Shown: positions 20,600 through 29,261 of the stretch, piece after piece
Position numbering within the stretch: position 1 is the stretch's first letter
Layout of the letters: every line of letters starts with the position of its first letter
DNA from: an uncultured virus (IMG/VR IMGVR_UViG_2811995097_000007)
Lineage: Duplodnaviria; Heunggongvirae; Uroviricota; Caudoviricetes
IMG/VR virus record: IMGVR_UViG_2811995097_000007
DNA: 64,000 nt
Strand: one strand, 5' to 3'
Notes under the pieces: model-generated
What the model saw: only the letters and a program-made list of their open reading frames with translations
What the model was told of the DNA's origin: nothing
Databases searched by the model: none
Position numbers and translations under genes: made by a program

Positions 20600-20625
20600 A
20601 AGCCCCGACACGAATGCCGGGGCTT
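20600..20625. terminator. Intrinsic terminator, probably bidirectional
   Basis: AAGCCCCG...CGGGGCTT stem with an A-run on the left and GTTTG on the right. Confidence 0.7.
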
Positions 20626-20635
20626 GTTTGCAAGC

Positions 20636-20712
20636 GGAGTAGGCGAGGACGGAAAACGCGTCCCCACTGGCTCGATGCTGCCACATCGGACCACGACCGA
20701 AGCCGCTACTCC
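20636..20712 (-). ncRNA. Candidate 77-nt cloverleaf RNA divergent from dam
   Basis: Four-stem fold with a cUUCGg loop, upstream TTTACA-N17-TACCAC promoter-like motif, downstream terminator; homologue at 41177-41255. Confidence 0.55.
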
Positions 20713-20777
20713 TCCCCTTTATTCAAGGGTTTGAGCGTGGTAGCAGGCGAGGTCAAACCTGTAAAGGTGATAACACC

Positions 20778-21545
20778 ATGAAAAGTCCCCTGAAATGGGT
20801 CGGCGGTAAATCAAGACTGGCCGATCAGATCTGCAATCTCATTCCCGAACATAAGCATTATGCTGAAGCCTTTGCCGGTGCTGGCTGGGTATTCTTCCGC
20901 AAGGATCCCAGCAAATTTGAAAGTTTGAATGACATCAATGGCGACCTGGTCAGCTTCTATCGAGTCCTGCAAAATCATCTCGAGGAGTTCTGCAAACAAT
21001 TCAAATTCATCTTGTCATCAAGAGAAACCTTCTCAGAATTCAAGGAACAGATGGAGGCTGGTGGCTTGACCGATATTCAGCGTGCAGCAAGATTTTACTA
21101 TCTGCAGCGCCATTCTTTCGGCGGGAAAGTGACCGGGCGTAACTTCGGCGTCAACGTAAATGGATACCCGCCAATTAATTTGCTCCGTTTGGAGACAGAG
21201 CTTTCAGACGTTCATTTGCGACTGGCGCGTGTGACGGTCGAAAATCTGCCCTGGGCAAAATATATTACACGGTATGATCGTGAGGAAACTTTTTTCTATC
21301 TGGATCCACCGTACTATGGAACAGAGTTCTTTTACGGACGTGGCTTGTTCACCAAAAATGACTTTGTTGAACTCGCCGAAATACTGAGGGGAGTAAAAGG
21401 CAAGTTCCTACTATCCCTCAATGACTGCAAAGAAGTCCGGGATATCTTTGACGGATTCGATATCATCACAACAAAAACAAAATACACCGTCGGCGGCGGG
21501 AAAAAAATGAAAACGGCTGGCGAGGTTTTTATTAAAAACTATTAA
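20778..21545 (+). CDS. dam: DNA adenine methyltransferase (Dam/D12 class)
   Basis: LKWVGGKS, EAFAGAG, LNDIN, YLDPPY. Confidence 0.93.
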   Translation: MKSPLKWVGGKSRLADQICNLIPEHKHYAEAFAGAGWVFFRKDPSKFESLNDINGDLVSFYRVLQNHLEEFCKQFKFILSSRETFSEFKEQMEAGGLTDIQRAARFYYLQRHSFGGKVTGRNFGVNVNGYPPINLLRLETELSDVHLRLARVTVENLPWAKYITRYDREETFFYLDPPYYGTEFFYGRGLFTKNDFVELAEILRGVKGKFLLSLNDCKEVRDIFDGFDIITTKTKYTVGGGKKMKTAGEVFIKNY

Positions 21546-21583
21546 TAAGCAAGCCCCGGCATTCATGCCGGGGCTTGCTTATT
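21544..21583. terminator. Bidirectional terminator
   Basis: AATAAGCAAGCCCCGGCAT / ATGCCGGGGCTTGCTTATT perfect inverted repeat between convergent genes. Confidence 0.8.
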
Positions 21584-21787
21584 TTATCGTCTTCGATTTG
21601 TTTTTGAATGGTGCGGTGAATCTGGAATGTGCGGATGCACAACCCCCATGGCTTCACCCATGGATATAGCCAGTATGTCCAGTGTGCTGGACAGAGTCGC
21701 GTCAGTTGAATCTTCGGTCACTCGACTGAGTTCTTCAAGGGCATAGGAAATGAGATAGAGTCGATGGCGTGCGTCTTCGGGAGTCAT
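21584..21787 (-). CDS. Small hypothetical protein
   Basis: 67 aa, ATGA-coupled to the upstream ORF, GGAGG RBS. Confidence 0.6.
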   Translation of the reverse strand: MTPEDARHRLYLISYALEELSRVTEDSTDATLSSTLDILAISMGEAMGVVHPHIPDSPHHSKTNRRR

Positions 21788-21951
21788 GATATTACCTCCC
21801 GCGTTTCCAGTTCTTCGGCAATACCGAATAACTTGCCGGCCAGATAGTCCAGGGACGTGAATTCGTCCGGTACGATCTCGCGCAGCTGGTCCAGCATGTC
21901 CGCTACGTCGCGGATGTCCTCAACAGGGGAAAGGGGGGTTGCTTGTGCCAT
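21784..21951 (-). CDS. Small hypothetical protein under C4-like control
   Basis: Start set at MAQATP; its GGAG RBS lies inside the antisense target box. Confidence 0.55.
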   Translation of the reverse strand: MAQATPLSPVEDIRDVADMLDQLREIVPDEFTSLDYLAGKLFGIAEELETREVIS

Positions 21952-21995
21952 GAGGCTACTCCAAGTGTGTTTAAGTCGGCATCGCAAAAAGAAAA

Positions 21996-22072
21996 ATGCC
22001 GGGTGGTAAACACAGCTTGGAGCTGCTGGCGTATTTCCCCGAAGGGTATTGTATTCGGCCACCACCCGGCAT
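21996..22072 (-). ncRNA. C4/CI-like antisense RNA
   Basis: 12-bp closing stem; internal GCTCCAAG and TGTGTTTA are complementary to boxes at 22139-22153 and 21958-21974. Confidence 0.6.
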
Positions 22073-22189
22073 GAAATCATACCGTTATCGTCCCTTCATC
22101 GGACGCAAAAAAACCACTTCTTACGGGTGTGGCTGCCGCCAAGGTGTGTTTAGCACCAAACGCAGTAAGCCACACCGGGTAGGGGTGTG

Positions 22190-22552
22190 TCAAGGCATAG
22201 GTATTCCGAGAGCGTTGAGAAACTCTTCAATCGTGACGATCTTCACGCCTTGAAACTCAGCTTTTTCGATTTTTGATGGTCCAGGTTCCGGGCCACAGCA
22301 AAGGAAGTCGAGTTGTTTAGTGACCGCATCACGCACGATGTACCCGTTCATTCTGGCTATTTCTTGCAGCATGGATTTCTCTTTTCCACGCCCGAACCCA
22401 GTGAAGCATATCTCCGGTACATAAAACTCCTTTCTGAAATGCCCAGGAAGCCGACAAATTGTCTCCCATAACTCCCACTCTGAAAGGTCGGCATATTCTT
22501 CTTCTGCGAGACCCGTTTCAGCCAATATCATACTGGCTCTACCTTTTCCCAT
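22190..22552 (-). CDS. BRCT-domain protein
   Basis: EICFTGF...VTKQLDFLCCG..PGPSKIEKA...GVKIVTIEEF. Confidence 0.85.
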   Translation of the reverse strand: MGKGRASMILAETGLAEEEYADLSEWELWETICRLPGHFRKEFYVPEICFTGFGRGKEKSMLQEIARMNGYIVRDAVTKQLDFLCCGPEPGPSKIEKAEFQGVKIVTIEEFLNALGIPMP

Positions 22553-22700
22553 ATCTCCTCCTTAGCTATATTGGGATAGGATTTCGCGTTTATCATAGTT
22601 TTTGTTGCCAGTGGGAAACTCCATTTTTTAGCTACTCGGAACGGCAAAAGCCCCGCAGATTCTATCTACCGGGGCTTTTGCCGTTCTTTTTAAGCAGGGG

Positions 22701-23510
22701 TTAACCCACTTTGCGGAAAAGGAGAAGGGGGGTTACGCCAATGGCTGATTTGGGACAACCTACAAGCTCATTAATACCAGAAGCTGCCTGGCTTAAGCCA
22801 GAAGCCATCTCATTTGTAAGAAACGCATTAGGGAGGGCCGGTTGTTCTTGATGGAGTTGATCGACAATGCCGAGCATAGACCACTTTCCTGTGAGGGTTG
22901 AGCCATACATTAAACTCATGGTTGCAGCTGAATCTCTAAGTTTTTGCTTGTCAATGATAGCCCATCCCTCAACATTGTTAGCGTCAACAATCATCTGAAC
23001 TTCCCAAGGTAGCATGTTTGCAATGGCTGAGAGTAAGATGGACCCTGTTTCGTTGGTTTTGTTGTGTTCCTTGAGGGCTTGCCTTCTTTGCTTCTTGGGT
23101 AAGTGCGAAAGATCTGGTGTGGAGGATCCGGCAAATGTAGGAATTAGGTCTACAAACTCCTTTCCCATTCCATAATCTACAAATGAGACCTTTCCCTCCA
23201 AAACGATAAAATTACCAACATCAATGTCTCCGCTGCCGTCCTTGATCAGTTCCATTTCGTGGAGTCCTGCAAGGACATCACTTAGAATAATGTCATGGGG
23301 AGAAATGTGCTGAGTCTTGGACTCAGCAACTGTTGTTCTATTCGAATGGGATAAATTCCCAATAGGATCGCCGCCAAGCTGACCGCTATTAGACTTTTCT
23401 TCCTCCTGACCATAGAGAGCCTCCATGGCATGAAGAAGCCCAGAGTTCATCTGGGCATAAAGTGACTGCATCCGGTCAAGGTCGATGTAAAGGAAATCAT
23501 ACAGAGTCAT
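22701..23510 (-). CDS. Hypothetical protein (DUF6414-like)
   Basis: LYDFLYID.DR..SLYAQ N-terminus and VTPLLLFRKV C-terminus; low GC. Confidence 0.65.
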   Translation of the reverse strand: MTLYDFLYIDLDRMQSLYAQMNSGLLHAMEALYGQEEEKSNSGQLGGDPIGNLSHSNRTTVAESKTQHISPHDIILSDVLAGLHEMELIKDGSGDIDVGNFIVLEGKVSFVDYGMGKEFVDLIPTFAGSSTPDLSHLPKKQRRQALKEHNKTNETGSILLSAIANMLPWEVQMIVDANNVEGWAIIDKQKLRDSAATMSLMYGSTLTGKWSMLGIVDQLHQEQPALPNAFLTNEMASGLSQAASGINELVGCPKSAIGVTPLLLFRKVG

Positions 23511-23709
23511 TGTTATACCGTCTTACTCCTTGATTGAGCTTGTGGGTAACTTTTTTGTGCAACTCTTTGAATCGGTTTGCTTGTCTTTCCATGTCTTCAA
23601 GCACCTGCTTCCTTGAACGTGCATAGGTCGCAACTGCACCATCATGCATGGAATTGTCCTGCTTTTGGCTACGGTGTTCTTCAGACATTGCTTTCTCCAC
23701 TTGATACAA
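23497..23709 (-). CDS. Small hypothetical protein overlapping the next gene
   Basis: Overlaps the start of the 269-aa gene; true start may be the second Met. Confidence 0.5.
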   Translation of the reverse strand: MYQVEKAMSEEHRSQKQDNSMHDGAVATYARSRKQVLEDMERQANRFKELHKKVTHKLNQGVRRYNNDSV

Positions 23710-23874
23710 GGTGGCTTAGAATATTTATCGTAACGGTAAATAGCAGTTCCGGTCAATGTGCTATGCGAATCTTCTATTCCATGTTTCGGGTCTGGTGTGA
23801 ATTGAAAATTAAAGAGTGTGTAAAAAATATGCACAGATATTGATGGGCTTCTCTGTCGTGTGTGTCATATATAT

Positions 23875-23936
23875 ATGAACGGCAGGAAGGTTATACAGAA
23901 AGAGTGTCAGGGGTCAAACTGAGGAAGGGGGGCTAG
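23875..23936 (+). pseudogene. Remnant of a hicA toxin gene (internal deletion)
   Basis: MNGRKVIQK in one frame and SGVKLRKGG* in another, directly upstream of hicB. Confidence 0.5.
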
Positions 23937-23994
23937 GCCCCCCGCCTCACTGCGTCCCCATTTATATATGACTCAAAAAATCAAGGAGAAAACC

Positions 23995-24402
23995 ATGGCA
24001 ACGTACTATGCAGCCCTGTTCCAGGAAGAAGATGGGAGCTTCTATGCCGAGTTCCCGGACCTGGACGGATGCATCACCCAGGCGGACAGCCTGGAGATGC
24101 TGGATCATATGTTGAAAGACGCCATGTTTGTATGGCTGGATGGTTGCAGGGAAGACGGAGAACCGATTCCGGCATCACGCACCTTTGAAGAAATACGCAA
24201 TGAAGTGGCTGGGCAGGAAGACTTTCATTCCGTCACCCTGGTGGTGATCCCGGAGAAGGTTAAGAGAGTGAGCAAGAACGTTCGATTCACTGAGCCGGAT
24301 CTGGAACTCATTGACCAGGCCGCAACCAAACACAATATGAACAGATCGGAATTCCTCGCCATGGCCGCAAAGAAGGTAGCCTCCGGCGCATGTGAACTGT
24401 AG
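23995..24402 (+). CDS. hicB: HicB family antitoxin
   Basis: YYAAL..EEDGSFYAEFPDLDGCITQAD...GEPIP; C-terminal RHH (IDQAA....NRSEFLA). Confidence 0.92.
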   Translation: MATYYAALFQEEDGSFYAEFPDLDGCITQADSLEMLDHMLKDAMFVWLDGCREDGEPIPASRTFEEIRNEVAGQEDFHSVTLVVIPEKVKRVSKNVRFTEPDLELIDQAATKHNMNRSEFLAMAAKKVASGACEL

Positions 24403-24462
24403 AGTTGTCGGCCTGAAAAGCAAAACCCCGGCAGGTCCTAGACTGCCGGGGCTTCTTTTGGG

Positions 24463-24654
24463 CTACTGGTTTGACGGAGTATCCAGTGCCAAAATGCTTT
24501 CAGAGATCGTTTGTTCTAGTAGTTTCAGCACGGCCCCCAGGTCGTTGCTTTCATTCTGTTCAGCAAGAAAGCGAAGAGTGTGGGCAACGAGTGAAAGTTT
24601 GTTGAGAGAGTCCTTGAGGTCCTGCGGGTGTGGGTCGAGCATGAGAGTCTCCAA
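24463..24654 (-). CDS. Small hypothetical protein
   Basis: Short helical ORF convergent with hicB across a terminator. Confidence 0.5.
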   Translation of the reverse strand: METLMLDPHPQDLKDSLNKLSLVAHTLRFLAEQNESNDLGAVLKLLEQTISESILALDTPSNQ

Positions 24655-24774
24655 TAGTCGGTAGTGAGTAGATCCTCTGAAAAGGGAACCAATGCGTCAA
24701 ATAAATGGACGCGACAATATCAAAAACACTCACATGCTAAATTTGTACCCTGAATATTCATTAATAATGAGTAG

Positions 24775-25002
24775 TTATAGAAGTCCAAGCTGCTTCATTT
24801 TATGAGTTATTCCTACGTTTCTGGACTTGACACATACAGACTGCGCCCTTCCCGAACTGCATTTATACCGCTTGGCTTCATCCATATCGAGCCTGGCTCC
24901 GGTTTCCAGGTAGACAACAGAGCCTATGACCTGTCGGATCTTCAAAGACATCCCATCAATGAGAAGATAATCACCAGCGTCCATCATGACTCCTTTCCCC
25001 AA
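24775..25002 (-). CDS. Small hypothetical phage protein
   Basis: AGGAG RBS before MMDAG; ends in QLGLL. Confidence 0.5.
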   Translation of the reverse strand: MGKGVMMDAGDYLLIDGMSLKIRQVIGSVVYLETGARLDMDEAKRYKCSSGRAQSVCVKSRNVGITHKMKQLGLL

Positions 25003-25017
25003 TCAGGGGGTGGGCTA

Positions 25018-25310
25018 CGGAAAAGTGTAATTTTTGTAATTGAAAATCTAAAACCAGCCGTTAACCCGCATCATACTTGAGTTTCACAACAGAATGCAAA
25101 GTGTAATTTTTGTGTAAACAGATGTAATATGAAATGTAATATCCAGTTATTTCAGCGAGTTGATTTTTTGTGAAATGTAATAATAGAACTGTAATAATAT
25201 TACGTTTTGATTACATAAATATTACACTCTGTTCACTCAGCGAAAACCCTTGTGGCTCTAAGCTTAATCCATGTTTTCAAAATCCATATTACAAATATTA
25301 CACTTTTCCG
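25018..25310. repeat. Putative replication origin: converging TGTAAT/ATTACA iterons
   Basis: 7 TGTAAT then 4 ATTACA; 23-bp terminal inverted repeat with 1 mismatch; AT-rich; downstream of the primase-helicase. Confidence 0.7.
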
Positions 25311-25623
25311 AACCCCTCTCTGGTTTGTTGGAATCCTCCTCACGCGCGACGCGCACACGCACGCACGTGCGTAAATGAGTAGGTCTATGCCATAGACAAA
25401 ACAGAGCCGCCGCCCTGGTCATTCATTGAACCAGGACGGCGGCAGAGGCGAGGGTATGGGATAATTATCTAAAAGGATAAAGGATGAGGGCAGTCAGATG
25501 AACACCGCTCCCCGAAGAACCAATTAGCTCCGCAGTATTTACAAACATAGTGTCCGGCCATAATTATCTCCTTGTGCTGAGTAGTATTATTATTGTTTCA
25601 ACCGTGATATCAACAAGAGACTA

Positions 25624-25965
25624 TTGAATCTAAGAACCCTAACCAAAGGAAAAAAAATGACCCAAGATGTTGAAAATGCCCTGAATAGAATGCTGTGCTG
25701 GAATCCAGGAATCGACGAAATTGCCCTAGTGCCATGGCCCGACGAAACAATGATCAGTGCTAAATACTTATCGGCATGTCTAGCAAACCATGCACACGTC
25801 CAAGAAATGGATTTTGAACAGCGAAAGACATTAATTTTTATAGAAGCAATGCACATGATAATTCGCGACAAATGCGACCCGATGGCAGTCCATAAAACTC
25901 TCTGTGGTCTTGAAGAATATCGAGACGGATTGAGAGCTGGGATGTTAGATACAACAGAAGATTGA
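25624..25965 (+). CDS. Hypothetical protein
   Basis: Low-GC ORF; AAGGA RBS before the internal MTQD start. Confidence 0.55.
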   Translation: MNLRTLTKGKKMTQDVENALNRMLCWNPGIDEIALVPWPDETMISAKYLSACLANHAHVQEMDFEQRKTLIFIEAMHMIIRDKCDPMAVHKTLCGLEEYRDGLRAGMLDTTED

Positions 25966-26037
25966 CGAATGGAGCCCCTTTTGCAATCCTTCTCAATACT
26001 TGTTTAAGGCCATTGATATTTTAGATTAGTTCTTAAA

Positions 26038-26274
26038 GTGGGTTTCATGTGTGAGCATTTTGAGATTATATGGATTGAGGCTGAGGAATTGGATTTTCAT
26101 CCAAAGGTAACATGTAAGGAAACTGGGGTACCTGCTGAAATACAATTCACTCCTGAAAAACAAGATTCTCGGGTCGTTCCAGAACGATTTTACACGTTTC
26201 GTTGCAATGAACATGACATTGAATGCACAAAGCATTTGGTTAAGGACCAAGGCAAATGGCATGACGTCGAATAA
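26038..26274 (+). CDS. Small hypothetical protein (Cys-containing)
   Basis: Low-GC ORF followed by a terminator hairpin at about 26297-26324. Confidence 0.45.
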   Translation: MGFMCEHFEIIWIEAEELDFHPKVTCKETGVPAEIQFTPEKQDSRVVPERFYTFRCNEHDIECTKHLVKDQGKWHDVE

Positions 26275-26450
26275 ACAGCTTGGCATGTGTTTCCCCTAGC
26301 CCCCGGAGAAGGGGGCTTTCTTTTATAGCGTACTATTCTGAATCATCCTGCCCGTTATCGATCTTGATTCCGGGTAGAGGTGTCAAGCTTTTTGCCGGTT
26401 TCCCATTCCATTCCTTCTGTACCGTTTGCAAAATATGCCATCTCCTCCTC

Positions 26451-29261
26451 CTAGCGCTTGAATATCCAGCAACGGTGAACCTTCGGTTTCCATATTGGCT
26501 TTCCACTTTCGTCCAGGTCTGAGGACTTGTATTTTTCCCAACGGCTGGACACGTTCTTGCCGGAGGCAATGAGTTTGTGGCGTTTGCCGTGTTTGAGCAG
26601 CTTCTTCAGCTGGTTCATGTCGGGGAGTTCCTGCCCCTGGTGCAGGCATTCTTTTCTGTACTGGTTTAGGTTGATGGCGATCTGTTCCTGTTTATTGGAA
26701 TGGTTCAGGAACTCTTCGGTGTCGGCTTCCCTGGCGTTGTTTATGTATTGAACCGTTTCCCAAAATTGCTCGACAAGCGGATGGTCAGCTGCGAGGCGCT
26801 GCTCCCTGGCTTCGGCTCGTTCCAATATGTAGTCGCCAAGCTTCTCAACTCGTTCATCTGTCATGCTGGGAAACATGATTTGTAGTGCTTTCCCGAAGGC
26901 TGCGACCTGGGCGTGGTTCTTGGCTATTCGCTCGTTGCGGATTTTGTCGCTTTTGCTGAAGAGGTCTTCAAAATGGTGAAAAGCCTGCTCATAGGTTTCG
27001 ATAATCTTTCGCTCGTTTTTCAAAGCTTTGCGGAGAAAGCCGCCAACGGTTTTACTGTTTTGCTTTTCAAACCATCGGGCGATGTCTCGCGATCCCGGCT
27101 TATGGTGACGCTTGTCGACATGGACATGGACGACGCGCTGCAGCAGTGCTTCGGATCCGTCGACTTCTGCGTTTTGGCTAATGATAAGGGCTGATCGGAA
27201 TGGGCTCTCCTCGATGTCGTTGCCGCGCTTGGCTATCCCGAGTGTGCCGGTGCCGCGTCCGTTAAAGAAAGGTTTGCAGAGGTCAAAATCAAACTGCTTT
27301 GCCTTGGCATCGGGTGATCCATTGTCGCGATCAGACTCGATGAGAACAACAGGCATATTGGATACCTGGTTCATGGCTCGACGTCGGCCTGCAACCGTCG
27401 CCTTCATGATGTCGAATCCCTCCCAATCATCACGGCCACAACAGGCCCAAAGGAATTCAAGAGCCGTCGACTTACCTGCACCAGGTTCGCCGGTGAACTC
27501 CAAAAAAGGGAAAGACTTGTGCCTGTCCCTGACTTGTTGGACAAACAGACTGCCGAGCCAGAAGGCTAGCAGGACCATGCCCTGGTAATGAAAGGCTGTG
27601 ATATATTTGTCGAGCCAGGATGGATCAAATTCACCTTCCGTGACGATGTGAGTCCCCATCAGGCTTGTTTTGATACCGTTTTGCCCGACATCAAAGTAGC
27701 CATCCTTGTTCATTTCCAGTTCTTTGCCATTTAAGTAGGCGCGATCCTGAAAGACATAGGCTTTTGTCTTGTCGTCATATCCAACAAAGGGAATGGATGA
27801 GACCATACGCATTCGTTTGCCAAGCCATCGGTCCCGCAGGCTCTTTAATTGTTTGAAGTCACCATCGAAGACGCCGCCTCGGGTCTTGTTCAGCAGCGCC
27901 TTATGCAGCGCGTCGGGACTGGTAATGTTTGTCCCCTCCAGACGAACAATATCTGGAGAGGTGCCGTTGGCGTAGTGGATCTCGAAAACGTAGAACTGTT
28001 CACCCATGACGTCGTCGATTTCCATGTAAAGAAAGCGCGGGAGAGTGTTGGATAATTTGTCCACGTCATGATGACGCATGAAAATGTTCCAGCCCTGTTC
28101 CGATCCCAGGTCAATTTTCTCCGGCTCTGGTTCGCCGTCTTCCTTCTTGCCTGGGGAAAGCTCGCCTTCAATTTTGTCGGTGTAGACCTCTGCGGAATAA
28201 AGCGCGTTGGCATAATCCAGAGTGAAGGTGCGGTAACCGTTCCGCATGTACATGTAATAGGCTTTTTCATGGACATTCTCGGCCATGAATAATTTGCCGT
28301 GATAGAGGCGATCATTGATGAAAGTGTCGGTGAGCCGTCCATCGCGGTAGTAATCATCCCAATCCATTCCGTTATCCGGTAGGAGCAGGACTTCATACTT
28401 CTCGCCCATGTCCTGCAGCATCCGTACAAAGCGTCTTGTTCCCTTGCGTCCTGCTTTGTCTCCATCCAGAGCTATGACCCAGGTTATATCCTTGCCGCTG
28501 TGCTCCTCAATGAACAGGCTTGGGAAGTTGCCAGACGATAAGCAGGCTGCAGCATTCTTTGGCTCTTTCATGTGGTACATTGCCGCTGCATGTATACAGC
28601 CTTCAACCAGAAAACAGCGATCGCCTTCATTCAAAGAAAAGTCGGGCGGGGTCCACGCCATTCCTTTGTGTGCACCTTGAAAGTGTGCTTTGCGGCCAAT
28701 CTTTTGAATGAATCGATTGTCAATGAATCGCTCCATCCAGATGCCTGCCCCCTTATCAATGTAAAAGCGCACAGTGGGTGTGAACTCATTTGAGCGTGGC
28801 CTTTGAAATGAACCTTGCTCATACCAGCCTCGAATTTTGGAAAGGTCAAAGCCTCGGTCAATTCCGAGATATGCAGAAGCGGTGGCGTTCCTATCTTTTT
28901 CAGTAGGAGGATATTTGGTGGCGAAGTCAGCAAATAAATCAGGGAGTAATTCGCGGGTAGAGGATGACCAACCACATTTGTTAAGCCTGCCACACTGAAC
29001 CTTCCAAGGCTTTTCCGTGCTGATGAACAGTTCCTTTTTCCCGCAACAGGGACAAATCCCCTTCCGAAGGTATTCGCCCTGTTGCTGGAATTGGAGGGAA
29101 GATTCGGCCAGCAACGCACGGACAACCTCTTCAGCTCCTATGTCTTTTCGGTATGTCACGTTATCTCCTGGGCGTGGATGCTGTAAAAATGGGGTCACCA
29201 ATGGGGGTGCCATCGGGAATGAATTCGCCGTTTGTAATGGTTCCAAGAGTTTCATTGACAA
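26451..29261 (-). CDS. Zn-finger/Toprim primase - P-loop helicase replication protein
   Basis: CPCCGKKEL...CGRLNKCG, LVEG, ALDGDKAG, DWDD, GEPGAGKST; exact start uncertain. Confidence 0.88.
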   Translation of the reverse strand: MSMKLLEPLQTANSFPMAPPLVTPFLQHPRPGDNVTYRKDIGAEEVVRALLAESSLQFQQQGEYLRKGICPCCGKKELFISTEKPWKVQCGRLNKCGWSSSTRELLPDLFADFATKYPPTEKDRNATASAYLGIDRGFDLSKIRGWYEQGSFQRPRSNEFTPTVRFYIDKGAGIWMERFIDNRFIQKIGRKAHFQGAHKGMAWTPPDFSLNEGDRCFLVEGCIHAAAMYHMKEPKNAAACLSSGNFPSLFIEEHSGKDITWVIALDGDKAGRKGTRRFVRMLQDMGEKYEVLLLPDNGMDWDDYYRDGRLTDTFINDRLYHGKLFMAENVHEKAYYMYMRNGYRTFTLDYANALYSAEVYTDKIEGELSPGKKEDGEPEPEKIDLGSEQGWNIFMRHHDVDKLSNTLPRFLYMEIDDVMGEQFYVFEIHYANGTSPDIVRLEGTNITSPDALHKALLNKTRGGVFDGDFKQLKSLRDRWLGKRMRMVSSIPFVGYDDKTKAYVFQDRAYLNGKELEMNKDGYFDVGQNGIKTSLMGTHIVTEGEFDPSWLDKYITAFHYQGMVLLAFWLGSLFVQQVRDRHKSFPFLEFTGEPGAGKSTALEFLWACCGRDDWEGFDIMKATVAGRRRAMNQVSNMPVVLIESDRDNGSPDAKAKQFDFDLCKPFFNGRGTGTLGIAKRGNDIEESPFRSALIISQNAEVDGSEALLQRVVHVHVDKRHHKPGSRDIARWFEKQNSKTVGGFLRKALKNERKIIETYEQAFHHFEDLFSKSDKIRNERIAKNHAQVAAFGKALQIMFPSMTDERVEKLGDYILERAEAREQRLAADHPLVEQFWETVQYINNAREADTEEFLNHSNKQEQIAINLNQYRKECLHQGQELPDMNQLKKLLKHGKRHKLIASGKNVSSRWEKYKSSDLDESGKPIWKPKVHRCWIFKR

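Noticed and set aside
20636..20712. The cloverleaf elements as true tRNA genes
   Set aside because: No TTC T-loop, no 7-nt anticodon loop on a 5-bp stem, and no CCA in either copy.
9562..26324. Recurrent AAGCCCCG...CGGGGCTT hairpins (about 9563, 20600, 21550, 22650, 24425, 26300) as a mobile repeat or cassette recombination site
   Set aside because: All lie at gene ends with variable loops; ordinary intrinsic terminators explain them.
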